A stretch of DNA of 64,000 nucleotides. Origin: an uncultured virus (IMG/VR IMGVR_UViG_3300042503_001656) (taxonomy: Duplodnaviria; Heunggongvirae; Uroviricota; Caudoviricetes). The notes beneath the pieces are model-generated. The model searched no databases, was not told the DNA's origin, and was given only the letters and a program-made list of their open reading frames with translations. Of this stretch, positions 1 through 9,575 are shown one piece after another. Within the stretch, counting starts at the first letter, position 1. Each line of letters begins with the position of its first letter. The stretch lies in the IMG/VR virus record IMGVR_UViG_3300042503_001656, positions 1 through 64,000 of that record, one strand, 5' to 3'. Made by a program: the position numbers and the translations under genes.

Positions 1-15
1 AATGATAAAGCAAGC

Positions 16-396
16 ATGGTTCTTGACCATTGCCACGAGAGTGGATTGGCACGAGGCTTTCTTTGCAGTCCGTGTAACACAAAAGAGGGAACTAGTTTCA
101 ACGACGTTGAGTGGGAAATCTACAGAAGGTTTCCACCAACTGTTTTGCTTGACTTGAAGTTTTACTACAACGACTTCGGTAGAGCTCCATACCCTGTCCA
201 GGCCGAGATATCTAAAGAAAAAGTGGATACAAAGGTCAAGGCCTGGGACAACGAATTTTGTTATCAGGTCGTAAAAGATTACTGTGGGTATAGGTCGAGC
301 CTTAATTGGATAAGTTCATCAGACATGAGGGAATTAATTCGTAAATCGATAGCATATGTCAGAGAATCATCGGCATATGTAAATAAACAGGTGTAA
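16..396 (+). CDS. Recombination endonuclease VII-like His-Me finger nuclease (probably 5'-truncated by window)
   Basis: DHCH-x-G-x-RG-LC-x2-CN motif (LDHCHESGLARGFLCSPCN). Confidence 0.75.
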   Translation: MVLDHCHESGLARGFLCSPCNTKEGTSFNDVEWEIYRRFPPTVLLDLKFYYNDFGRAPYPVQAEISKEKVDTKVKAWDNEFCYQVVKDYCGYRSSLNWISSSDMRELIRKSIAYVRESSAYVNKQV

Positions 397-590
397 CAAG
401 CATGGACCCAGCAATTATCACAGAAACATGCATTAAGTGCGACAAATTAATGCGGGCAGAAGATGGCAGCAGAATCGGTGGGATAGTTTCAACTCTTTCA
501 TTTCGTAATGAAACAATTTGGAGTATTACTTGCTGGGAGTGTTCGCTATTGCCTAATTCACGAATCTGGGAAGAAGAATAGATAAACGTC

Positions 591-1304
591 ATGGAAACAA
601 TAAGAATACAAAAAGCTATAGACAAAGCAAGGGTCTCTACCCCGTTAATTATCGCTCAAGCTAATAATAAACATAGGGCAATGCAGGAAATCAGAGAAGA
701 AAAGTTCCAAAAAGAAATATCAAGATTAAAGTCTCTAAAGTTAAAAGCCTCAAGAGAAACTCAATACGATAAAGACTTAAGAATATATGTCCCCAGAGAC
801 AGGATTGTGGGATGTGATGGCGTCGTGAGGACAACCAGGCTTCGCAACGAGCAACCAATGTCTATGCCAGAAGAAAGCGACTACAAAAAACTTTTTAGGG
901 CGTTTTCAGAAATGAGAAGGAAAGGCATTGATGCTAAATGGAACATACTTGCATCTACATACGGAGCCTATTATTGTGAGGTTGTCGAGGATGGAACTCC
1001 AAGGGTTACGCACTATAAACCAGACGGAACCCTAAATTCACCCCTCTCTCGTGGATTAACATGGAATCGCGAATGGGACGCCGTCCAAGACCAGATTGAC
1101 ATAGAGACTTGGTGTGGAGCAAAAGATGAGGCTGTTGAAAGTTTGAAAAAATACGGCCTGAGAACAGAACAAAACCCACATAGCAACGATGAAAATCATC
1201 TTGTTATTTTGTTCAGAGGAGAAGTAAAATCAAATTATTCAATTTGGAATTGGATAGATAACTGCATAAGCGATTCCCCCACGGACCCCCCACCAATCCC
1301 CTAA
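591..1304 (+). CDS. Hypothetical phage protein
   Basis: 237-aa open frame, AT-rich codon usage, no recognised motif. Confidence 0.6.
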   Translation: METIRIQKAIDKARVSTPLIIAQANNKHRAMQEIREEKFQKEISRLKSLKLKASRETQYDKDLRIYVPRDRIVGCDGVVRTTRLRNEQPMSMPEESDYKKLFRAFSEMRRKGIDAKWNILASTYGAYYCEVVEDGTPRVTHYKPDGTLNSPLSRGLTWNREWDAVQDQIDIETWCGAKDEAVESLKKYGLRTEQNPHSNDENHLVILFRGEVKSNYSIWNWIDNCISDSPTDPPPIP

Positions 1305-1331
1305 AAGTTCTCATAAAAGATAAGGAAAACA

Positions 1332-1559
1332 ATGAGTAAAACAAAATCGACCCATACGACTGATTCAATAAAGCAGTACATAGGCAAGTCTGTAGAAATC
1401 AAAACAGATTACTGTCATCTCTATGGCGAGACAGCCGTTCGTATTGAAGGAGATAGTCTTGTTACCGAGTATCATCACTCGCTCAAGACCCCCGAAGATG
1501 GCCTTCTCCGCGAGCATTGGGTAGAAATCTCCCGTATTGAGTCAATCCAAGCGGTTTAG
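1332..1559 (+). CDS. Hypothetical protein
   Basis: AAGGA SD upstream, 75 aa. Confidence 0.6.
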   Translation: MSKTKSTHTTDSIKQYIGKSVEIKTDYCHLYGETAVRIEGDSLVTEYHHSLKTPEDGLLREHWVEISRIESIQAV

Positions 1560-1573
1560 CGGTTTTAAAAATC

Positions 1574-1647
1574 GGGCCCTTAGCTCAGTTGGTTAGAGCG
1601 CCGGACTCATAATCCGTTGGTCGTGGGTTCAAGTCCCACAGGGCCCA
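1574..1647 (+). tRNA. tRNA with CAT anticodon, most likely tRNA-Ile2 (lysidine, reads AUA)
   Basis: GGGCCCT/AGGGCCC acceptor stem, TAGCTCAGTTGGTTAGAGC D-arm, CTCATAA loop, GTTCAAGTCC T-arm; resembles bacterial Ile2; no encoded CCA. Confidence 0.9.
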
Positions 1648-1802
1648 CAAGCGTAAAACCTAGTTGACGGGGTTTTATGTCAGGAAAACAGCAAGGCAAG
1701 CCTCGCCGAACTTTTCGTTTCTATCAGTGTCAATTGTCAACCTCTTGATAGATAGGCGGGGGCCTTGTTGTTTTCCGAACACCTCTAAACGAAAGAAAAG
1801 TT

Positions 1803-1988
1803 ATGGATAAATTTATTTGCATCTCATTCCCACCATCGCCATTTGATGACGACAATGTTGAATACTGTGACGTTGTAGAGGTCAATGACGACATGACTGG
1901 AACCATCTGGGTACGCAGCGTCGAAAAATCAAAAGGAATGACCATCGCTAAGGCTCTCAATGACGCAAGCAACAACCCAAAGGGGTGA
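1803..1988 (+). CDS. Hypothetical protein
   Basis: 61-aa ORF overlapping next gene. Confidence 0.45.
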   Translation: MDKFICISFPPSPFDDDNVEYCDVVEVNDDMTGTIWVRSVEKSKGMTIAKALNDASNNPKG

Positions 1989-2244
1989 AAATAGGCTCTC
2001 TATCGAGCCTGTCATGGCGATGTTCGCCGAAAAGGACCTCTGCGTCAACGACATAGGCGAGGTGTGTGGGTTTTCTCGCAAGACCTACTACCGCCTACTT
2101 CAAAATGGCGTCCCCTTAACCTGGGCTGAGAAGATAGCCCACAGCTTGGGCCTCCACCCAACGGAGATTTGGGGCAGTGCATACACCATGCTCTGTGCGG
2201 CCGAGGACGAATTCTGTGCCCAGGAATCGCCTTCCGCCAATTAA
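1960..2244 (+). CDS. Ner/XRE-like helix-turn-helix DNA-binding protein
   Basis: VNDIGEVCGFSRKTYYR HTH and AEKIAHSLGLHPTEIW Ner-like tail; true start may be GTG 1985. Confidence 0.6.
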   Translation: MTQATTQRGENRLSIEPVMAMFAEKDLCVNDIGEVCGFSRKTYYRLLQNGVPLTWAEKIAHSLGLHPTEIWGSAYTMLCAAEDEFCAQESPSAN

Positions 2245-2423
2245 ACGCCCCACAGGGCTTCCCAGGCCCCAATCCGGGCCCCCACGCCCCCGCCCGACCG
2301 CAACTATCCGGCATCGTTAAGTTGTATTAAAGAATCCAGCGCGCAGCGCTCCGCGAAATTTTTTAGAAAAACCAACAAGATGCAAAAAAGCCCGCTAAAT
2401 TTATCCAAGAAGCACCGAGAAAG

Positions 2424-2729
2424 TTGAATATTATGACCAACCCTCAACCGTATGTAGCAAAAAACGACGGAGCTACCATGCGTCACCGTCAAATGAGCCT
2501 CCGTTTGGTTAAATTTATCCACGAATACCGTGAAGAAAATGGATTTCCCCCGTCAGTACGAGAAATCTGTGCAGAAATGGGCTACAACTCGACAAGCTCC
2601 GGCAAAACTCTCCTAGAAAACACGCAAAAGCGTGGATGGATTCAGGTCAACACGAAAATTCCACGAGGAATCAAGATTCTGGACGAAGGAATGGCCGTGT
2701 TGCTGCAAGAAATTCAGGAAACTGAATAA
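2424..2729 (+). CDS. LexA-like DNA-binding domain protein (no C-terminal peptidase)
   Basis: FIHEYREENGFPPSVREICAEMG...RGWI...PRGIKIL matches the LexA N-terminal wHTH. Confidence 0.8.
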   Translation: MNIMTNPQPYVAKNDGATMRHRQMSLRLVKFIHEYREENGFPPSVREICAEMGYNSTSSGKTLLENTQKRGWIQVNTKIPRGIKILDEGMAVLLQEIQETE

Positions 2730-2844
2730 AAAACGCCCCCTTTGGATAAATCTATCCGAACAGAATCTCACTCCCGTTAGATTTTTAGGGGTACCAGCTC
2801 CTGTAAGGTACAGAATTATGACACTACGTGACAATAACCAGTAC

Positions 2845-3027
2845 ATGAGAGAGATTGTCGAACGATTTGAGCGTTACGACCACCCCAAAGCTCGTGCCTA
2901 CGTGCAGTACTACAAAGAGAATGGCCATTTCCCGCCGGGAATTTGGGATGACGTGCAGATACTTGACATGCGATTCAACATGCAGATTGCAATGGGTGAA
3001 CGCCCTGAGGATATTGAAGAAGACTAG
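2845..3027 (+). CDS. Hypothetical protein
   Basis: 3' part of ORF 2632-3027; ATG 2845 is the plausible start. Confidence 0.45.
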   Translation: MREIVERFERYDHPKARAYVQYYKENGHFPPGIWDDVQILDMRFNMQIAMGERPEDIEED

Positions 3028-3089
3028 TCCTTCTGGGGAGTTTGGATAAATCTAGTGGAGATTTTGTGAACTCAAAAATTTGCGATTTT

Positions 3090-4330
3090 GACCCCCCCAG
3101 CCCGTGACGTCCCCCCGGAAGGTTTCACGGGGCTGCCTAGACCCCTTTCCCCGACCCCATACCCCACTATGTACGGCACACGGCATAGCACACACGCAAT
3201 CACATAGCACATACGCAACGCACACGCAAGCACACAGCACACAGCACACACGCAGTGATACACGCACACGCACACACGCACACAATCGCTTATGGGTTGT
3301 ATGGGTTGTATGGGTTGTACGGGTTACGGGTATCGCACACACACGCACACACGCAGTGTGTATCGCAATCGCACACCACACCACATCACACGCAATCGCA
3401 CACATACGCAAACGAATACACACACATCACATCACACAGTGACGTCACACGACAGTGACGTCACACGCAGTGACGCAACACATCATCACATCACGCCATA
3501 ACACATCATCACATCACATCACATCACAACGCACACATACACATACGCACACACAGTGACACATCACATCATCACGCACGTATCGCATACACACATCACA
3601 CGCACACACACGCACACGCATAGTGTCATCACATCACATCACATCACATAGTGACGCACACATAGTGACGCACACGCACACGCAGTGACACACGCACATC
3701 ACACATCACACACACACACGGTGACGCACGCACGCACGCACACGCATAGGTACGCATAGGTACACACATAGGTACACACGCATACACACACGCACACGCA
3801 CATAGGTCGCTAGGCGTCACGGGTTGCCTTCGGGTTACACACACACATAGGTACATACACATACACACACATAGCGCACGCTATGTCACTCACCTACATA
3901 GGCATACACCACATCACCCCATAGGCATACACCCCTACCCCCTATGCCCCCTACCTACATAGCCCACATACATACACACCCCTACACATCAGCTACCCCT
4001 AGTGAGGTGAGGCGCAAGGTGCTATGGGTAGCCCTACGGGTATCACACACATACCTAGTACCCACCTAGTACCTACCTAGTACCTACCTACATAGGTACA
4101 CATACATACATACCTACATACCTGCCTACCTGCCTACCCTATGTACCTACCTGCCTAGTATCCATAGCCCTATCGCCATTAGCCCCATTAGCCCTATCAC
4201 TATGCCCATACATACCACTGTCGTATCCATACATACACGCTACCCATACACACCCCTACATACCCCATTGCCCAATAGGCGAGGGACACCCCACCTACCC
4301 ACACCCCATACACATACCCCATACACAAAT
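3090..4330. repeat. Non-coding low-complexity tract (CA/CACG/ATCAC/CCTAC microrepeats, C-runs)
   Basis: Extreme C+A bias on the + strand; (TATGGGTTG)x3 near 3290; ATCAC, GTGACG, TAGGTAC and TACCTAC repeats; only spurious HT/VC-rich ORFs. Confidence 0.9.
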
Positions 4331-4332
4331 GC

Positions 4333-4368
4333 TTGACTTTATCCACAAGGGGGATTACTGTAAGAGGT
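4333..4368 (+). promoter_or_regulatory. Sigma70-type promoter for a leaderless transcript
   Basis: TTGACT-N17-TACTGT, ATG 36 nt after the -35 start; spacer contains TTATCCACA. Confidence 0.6.
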
Positions 4369-4659
4369 ATGGAAAACAGCACCACATACAGCACCTACTA
4401 CAAGAGGCGCATAGCAGTAGCCAGCATCATCACTATCGTAGTGATGGTACTGTCCTACCTGCTAGGCACAGACATTGACAATGGCTATGACTACACCTGC
4501 CCTATGGCGAGCGTGACAGTAGAGCAAGGCGAGACACTTGCCAGCATCACAGAGAGATACTGTGAAGGTCACACACTCCAAGCAAGTTGGGACATAGCAG
4601 AGAAGCGTGGCACTAGCGCAGTGGACATAGGCGACATCATTCATCTAGGGGGCAAGTGA
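4369..4659 (+). CDS. Membrane-anchored LysM-domain protein
   Basis: N-terminal TM, then VTVEQGETLASITERYC...VDIGDIIHL. Confidence 0.75.
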   Translation: MENSTTYSTYYKRRIAVASIITIVVMVLSYLLGTDIDNGYDYTCPMASVTVEQGETLASITERYCEGHTLQASWDIAEKRGTSAVDIGDIIHLGGK

Positions 4660-4759
4660 GGTGAAGCACATCAGCGAACTACTAACAGAGGTCGTGGCAA
4701 AACTTGTCGGTCAAGAGGGGGAGCAGATAGTATTAGAGGAGAGCGACAAGGAGAACGCA

Positions 4760-4978
4760 ATGTCATTAGACGACAACTCACACACACGAACACACGACAA
4801 GTTCGCACTCTGCCCACGTTGTGAAGGCTTTATCCCAAACAACGACACCCCAGGTGCTTACCCAGGTGCTATCTCACGACTAGACAACAAGACAGAAATC
4901 TGTTCAGAGTGTGGAACGATTGAGGCAATGCTTGATTGGCAAGGTGAACTCACTGATTGGCGTAAGCCACAGGAGTAA
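4760..4978 (+). CDS. Small Zn-ribbon protein
   Basis: CPRC...CSEC; AAGGAG SD; downstream of promoter copy at 4704. Confidence 0.6.
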   Translation: MSLDDNSHTRTHDKFALCPRCEGFIPNNDTPGAYPGAISRLDNKTEICSECGTIEAMLDWQGELTDWRKPQE

Positions 4979-5007
4979 AAACATCACGTCACCTGTACTA
5001 TTCAGGT

Positions 5008-5286
5008 ATGAATGATGAGCCAAAAGAACTAGCACTCGTAGCCTTCTCAATGGAGGAACTAAACGAACTACGCCGAATACTCAAAGGCCACTGTCGCTCA
5101 CTCGCAAACAGAGAAGCGAGAGGCGACGAAGTCCCGGCAATCAAAGTGGAGCTCGCCAACACAATGCTCCACAATGTAACTGACACGCTGTTAGAGATTG
5201 AGACATACGACATCATTGGTGACGCAATGAGAGACGGCACGTTTGAGGAAGTCGTTAGAAGTTGGCAAGGCGACACGGGTGCTTGA
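5008..5286 (+). CDS. Hypothetical protein
   Basis: 92-aa ORF followed by terminator. Confidence 0.6.
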   Translation: MNDEPKELALVAFSMEELNELRRILKGHCRSLANREARGDEVPAIKVELANTMLHNVTDTLLEIETYDIIGDAMRDGTFEEVVRSWQGDTGA

Positions 5287-5316
5287 CGGGTATCCACTAC
5301 ACATAACGCATACATA

Positions 5317-5361
5317 ACAAAAGCCCCCTCTCCTGATTGCTCAGTGCGAGGGGGCTTTTGT
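5317..5361. terminator. Bidirectional intrinsic terminator
   Basis: ACAAAAGCCCCCTC...GAGGGGGCTTTTGT between convergent genes. Confidence 0.75.
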
Positions 5362-5402
5362 CTAAGAGGGATTGGAATGGAAACGCTCCCCCTTAGTTCT
5401 TG

Positions 5403-5852
5403 TTAGAACGGCTCGTCATCTGCTCCGACATTAGCGAGTGTGCGCTTTGTGTTGGGGCGTGGGGCATTGGTGCGAGCACCACCCTGACCACCTTCTGAAC
5501 GCTGACGGCGAGTTACCTGCTCAATGGCTGAGGTGTTGATAGCGATTTGCTCTGCTACTACCTCAACTGCTGAACGGGTGTTGCCTTCTTTGTCCTCGTA
5601 GGTGCGCTGTTCCAAGCGACCGATTACTACAACGCCAATTCCTTTTTCCAAAGTCTTTGCTGCGTTTTCTGCTGTGTATCGCCAAGCAACAACATTCACG
5701 AAAGAAGTCTTTTCCTGCTTTTCGTTGTTGGCGTCGTACCAAACATAGTTCACTGCTACTGAGAAGCCAAGTCGTGCTTGACCACTCGTTGTAAAGGTGA
5801 GTTCGGGGTCTTGGGTGATGTTCCCAATTACCGTGATTGGACTGTTATTCAT
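5403..5852 (-). CDS. ssb: Single-stranded DNA-binding protein
   Basis: ITVIGNITQDPELTFT OB-fold, GRLEQRTYE, acidic DDEPF tail. Confidence 0.95.
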   Translation of the reverse strand: MNNSPITVIGNITQDPELTFTTSGQARLGFSVAVNYVWYDANNEKQEKTSFVNVVAWRYTAENAAKTLEKGIGVVVIGRLEQRTYEDKEGNTRSAVEVVAEQIAINTSAIEQVTRRQRSEGGQGGARTNAPRPNTKRTLANVGADDEPF

Positions 5853-5994
5853 TTCATCTCCTTGTGGGGCTAGGAGACTTACGATAACAGCTCACTACAC
5901 CTCACGCAACACCGAAACGCCATTTTCTTTTACGACAACATTTTACACAGGGTCGTGGTTGTGATAGCCTCTACGGGTGGGCTAGGGTGACCAA

Positions 5995-6336
5995 ATGACA
6001 GACACACCCAAGACCCCCGAACAGAGCGAAGCCTTCATAGCAGTAGTGACAGCAGTCGGAGACGCTCTCTTTCTGCTCCTCTCTGATGAGACATTCACAG
6101 AGGACGAAATAGAAAGTTTTAGTGCTGACACCAATGAGGTAGCCATTCTTGCTCTCGGAGCGTTTGACCCACAGGTGATTGACACAGAAACACTCGGTGA
6201 CGGCTCAAAGAAGTTCACATTCAGTATGACTATCCCGACTACTGACACTTTTGACACATTCTGGAACCACTACAAAGAAGTCCTCGGAGAGTACCCCACA
6301 GATGACGACGATGAAGACGACGAAGACGAAGAATAG
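5995..6336 (+). CDS. Acidic hypothetical protein
   Basis: 113 aa, D/E tail. Confidence 0.6.
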   Translation: MTDTPKTPEQSEAFIAVVTAVGDALFLLLSDETFTEDEIESFSADTNEVAILALGAFDPQVIDTETLGDGSKKFTFSMTIPTTDTFDTFWNHYKEVLGEYPTDDDDEDDEDEE

Positions 6337-6445
6337 TCAATAAACACAAGTGTCCTAGACACTAAAACACAGGTGTAAAATAGATACACACCAAACGCCC
6401 CCCTACTAACAGGGCAGTCCTATCCCCTTATCAAAGGAAAGACCA

Positions 6446-7552
6446 TTGCCAAATAACCAGCGTTACCTACTGCCCTTTCTCATTGCCTCGCTTTTTACGG
6501 CGAGCACTGCCCACGCTCTAAGCGTAGATAAGGGGGTCGGCTCAACAGCTGGTCAAGAGACCACATCAACACTCGTGGTCTTGGCAAAGCCTCTCTCTGC
6601 TCCTTCACACACAACTCTTGCTTTTGACAAGACCCCCAACGCTCCGGTAGAGTTTTGGGAGAAAATGGCTGTCTGTGAAACCAACAGCAATTGGCAGAAC
6701 ACGGGTCAATGGGCAGGTGGACTAGGTATCTACACAAAGGGCGAGTTCCCTCAGTCAAGTATGGGCACTTGGGAACGCTACGGTGGCGAGGAGTTTGCTC
6801 CCTCTCCCGACAAAGCGACCAAAGAACAGCAAATCATCATTGCTAACCGTATTTCCGTAGAGGGTTGGAAAACCACAGTGACCCGTGACGAAGTGCGAGC
6901 AAAGGCTATGGGTGTCCCACAGGTCTATGAGTGGCATCAAAAACCCGTTGGGTTCACAGGGTGGGGTTGCTACAAATCCAAATCAACAGGCAAGTACCGA
7001 ATGGCGAAGCCTCTGTTGCTCCACTACGACCCAAAGATGGTTCCGATAGTTCAGTACCATTTCAACCAAAGAGGCATCATTGTTCAGGACTTACAGAAAC
7101 TAATCGGCGTTACTCCTGACGGTCACTACGGGGTAAAGACAAGAGAAGCACACATTCGTTACCTCAAAGAACACAAACTATCAACACTTGGAGTTGGTGT
7201 TCTACCGACATTCCTTAGTGGGAACTATCCAAAAGACAAGACAAAGCGTTGTCCACAGTGGGAGGGTCGCCTTCGTTTTCACGGACTACAACCCGTAGAC
7301 CGTTTCTCTTACATAATGTGGAGAGAGAGCCGTTGTCAAGAAAAGATAGTTTCTAAACCAAACTCAAACGGTACAAGAGACTACGGGTTGCTACAAATCA
7401 ACTCATCTTGGGTCACAGTAACAAAGAAACTGTGTGGTGGCAAGGATATGAAAGTCCTACTGAACCACAAGTGTAATCTCAAGGTGGCGAAGTATCTACT
7501 TGACAACGGTGGGCTTGGTCATTGGTCTGCTACATCAGGTTCAGACAAGTAA
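6446..7552 (+). CDS. Secreted muralytic protein: Rpf-like transglycosylase + PG-binding + SLT/lysozyme-like domain
   Basis: Signal peptide; WEKMAVCETNSNW...GGL...TWERYGG...ATKEQQI (Rpf); LQKLIGVTPDGHYGVKT (PG-binding); RESRC...NSNGTRDYGLLQIN (SLT). Confidence 0.8.
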   Translation: MPNNQRYLLPFLIASLFTASTAHALSVDKGVGSTAGQETTSTLVVLAKPLSAPSHTTLAFDKTPNAPVEFWEKMAVCETNSNWQNTGQWAGGLGIYTKGEFPQSSMGTWERYGGEEFAPSPDKATKEQQIIIANRISVEGWKTTVTRDEVRAKAMGVPQVYEWHQKPVGFTGWGCYKSKSTGKYRMAKPLLLHYDPKMVPIVQYHFNQRGIIVQDLQKLIGVTPDGHYGVKTREAHIRYLKEHKLSTLGVGVLPTFLSGNYPKDKTKRCPQWEGRLRFHGLQPVDRFSYIMWRESRCQEKIVSKPNSNGTRDYGLLQINSSWVTVTKKLCGGKDMKVLLNHKCNLKVAKYLLDNGGLGHWSATSGSDK

Positions 7553-8263
7553 CTACGGAGAGACTTTTCCGTTAGCAATCCAGCTTTCGTAAGTAATTGG
7601 CATTTCCTTAGAAAACAATGTCTCAACAGCGTTTGCGTATTTGCGAATGTCAAGTTGTGCGTTCTCGTCTGTCCTGAGCGAAAGAAAGTTCATCAAAGCA
7701 CGGGCGTTCACTGTCCAATAGAACTGAGTGAACATTCCCATTGGTAGGACAGTTCTCGCCAACTCCTTAGCAACACCAAGAGCCAGCATCTCAGCGTAAG
7801 CCTCATAGGCGTTACTGTTACTCTCAGTAATTATCTCGGTCGTTCTCAGTGCCGTACTCATATCAGCCTGCTTGAACTTGTAAGCCCCGGGCTTACCTGT
7901 CTGCTCTCGCACCTCAGCAAGCTCAGGCACGAACATCTCATTAGGAACCTCTGAGTAGCGAGCCGAGAACTCATTGAAAGAACCAATACGGTGACGAAAC
8001 CACTCACGGGCTACAAACACAGGGCACTTGATGTGGAAACGAAAAGCGTTATGCTCAAACGGAGTACCGTGACGCTCTCTCATTAGGAAGTTGATTAGTC
8101 CAACTTCTGCGTCTGTCATCTCGACTTCATCTTCCCTATTGCGAGCAAAACTCACACGGGCTGAGTTCACAACAGAATAATCGTCAGCCATACAGTTGTC
8201 AAGCCGAACGAATCCGTTACCAATGTTTAGTGTGTTGCTGTCTATGTTGTTCATAGCGAACAT
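7553..8263 (-). CDS. thyX: Flavin-dependent thymidylate synthase
   Basis: HGTPFEH, REWFRHRIGSFNEFSARY motif, NARALMNFLSLR. Confidence 0.95.
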   Translation of the reverse strand: MFAMNNIDSNTLNIGNGFVRLDNCMADDYSVVNSARVSFARNREDEVEMTDAEVGLINFLMRERHGTPFEHNAFRFHIKCPVFVAREWFRHRIGSFNEFSARYSEVPNEMFVPELAEVREQTGKPGAYKFKQADMSTALRTTEIITESNSNAYEAYAEMLALGVAKELARTVLPMGMFTQFYWTVNARALMNFLSLRTDENAQLDIRKYANAVETLFSKEMPITYESWIANGKVSP

Positions 8264-8272
8264 ACTACTCTG

Positions 8273-8345
<73 letters not shown>

Positions 8346-8517
8346 TTATTTTGTTACGAGCATACTCGCTCTCGGGATAAAGTTTCTCTATCACTGTTGG
8401 GACTTTACGACACAATCCACAACGCCCCATAGAATGATAAGCACTATGTCTGTGTATCGGCCAGTCTCGACAACAGCGCAAAATAATCAGTTGATTCCAA
8501 AACTCATCACTCATTAG

Positions 8518-8589
8518 CACCCCCGATAGGAATCGAACCTACGCACATAGTTTAGGAAACTACTGCTCTATCCACTGAGCTACGGGAGT
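8518..8589 (-). tRNA. tRNA-Arg(CCU)
   Basis: Reverse complement ACTCCCGTAGCTCAGTGGATAGAGC...TTCCTAA...GTTCGATTCC. Confidence 0.9.
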
Positions 8590-8595
8590 TTGACA

Positions 8596-8976
8596 CTACG
8601 CCTGCGCTGCTGCGTCAAGGAACCATTGGTTGTGTGGGCAAATGTTCAAAACTGCGTGTCGCACCATAAATCCGATAAGAGCAACATCTCCACCTTGGGG
8701 AACCATTCGTGCCAAATCACTAAGAGACATTCCTTCGTCAATCGCGTCACAAGCAATTTGACCGAACTCCACAATCCACTTGCGACCGTGAATGTTTACT
8801 GCGTCAGGGAAGCCTTCCATCACTGCGTCAAAGTAACCCTCGACACCACCTCTAGACTCAGGTGCTGTCACGGGTGGGTTTGTTGATTCAGGCGTAGTAG
8901 CTTCAACTACAACAGTTCTTGTTCCACACCCGACAAGAGTTACGCTTGCGAGTATTACGAGTATTGCTTTTTTCAT
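8596..8976 (-). CDS. Lipoprotein (DUF732-like)
   Basis: MKKAILVILASVTLVGC lipobox; GQIACDAI...AVLNICP; ORF-track extension overlaps the tRNA. Confidence 0.65.
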   Translation of the reverse strand: MKKAILVILASVTLVGCGTRTVVVEATTPESTNPPVTAPESRGGVEGYFDAVMEGFPDAVNIHGRKWIVEFGQIACDAIDEGMSLSDLARMVPQGGDVALIGFMVRHAVLNICPHNQWFLDAAAQA

Positions 8977-9008
8977 TTTCTCTCCGTTTGTTAGATACAC
9001 AAGTATCG

Positions 9009-9081
9009 TACCCCTAGCAGGGCTCGAACCTGCGACGCACGGATTAAAAGTCCGACGCTCTACCAACTGAGCTATAGGGGC
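9009..9081 (-). tRNA. tRNA-Lys(UUU)
   Basis: Reverse complement GCCCCTATAGCTCAGTTGGTAGAGC...CTTTTAA...GTTCGAGCCC. Confidence 0.92.
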
Positions 9082-9290
9082 GTGATTAATCTAGGTAGTA
9101 ATCGTTTTCTCTCTTTTTACGCCTTGCGTCTCGAGCGTTTCTTTCTGCGTTCTGAGCAAAGAAAACACCAGCGAAAAAGATAGCTGTCGTCTGTATCAGA
9201 AAAATGATTAATTCAACCATTCCTTAAACCTAACACCTAAAAGCACATAAGTCAAGCATTTACGCAAGCTCGCCTGCTCCCGGGCCCCGT

Positions 9291-9575
9291 TCACTCGTCA
9301 AGGTCGTCGTCTGGCTCAATCCCTATGGCATAGCCAAAGATAGCGTCCCAACGTTCTTCTTCAGTCATTTGTCGTGCCTTCTCTGTAACCGAGTAAAGCC
9401 ATTGACCGTCATCTGTTATGCCTGTGACGGTGACGAGCCCGAGCGCAACTAGCGTTTCTAGTTCTCGCTCTATTTCCTTACGGGGGTCATCTTCGTCATA
9501 ATCCACAATAAACGAATAATACCACCAGCCCGTGGTCGCAAAATCAGCAAGTAATCGTGGTCTTATCAACAACAA
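9291..9575 (-). CDS. Small wHTH-like protein, paralog of 27511-27711 (start uncertain)
   Basis: LVALGLV...DGQWLY...MTEEE matches MVKAGLL...DGEWVY...MTEEE. Confidence 0.55.
   Translation of the reverse strand: MLLIRPRLLADFATTGWWYYSFIVDYDEDDPRKEIERELETLVALGLVTVTGITDDGQWLYSVTEKARQMTEEERWDAIFGYAIGIEPDDDLDE

Noticed and set aside
3052..4394. HT-rich and VC-rich ORFs in the ORF track
   Set aside because: Artefacts of CA/TG microsatellite-like sequence; no RBS or promoter, open in several frames.
8977..9066. N-terminal extension of ORF 8596-9066
   Set aside because: Overlaps tRNA-Lys; the lipoprotein start at 8976 is better.
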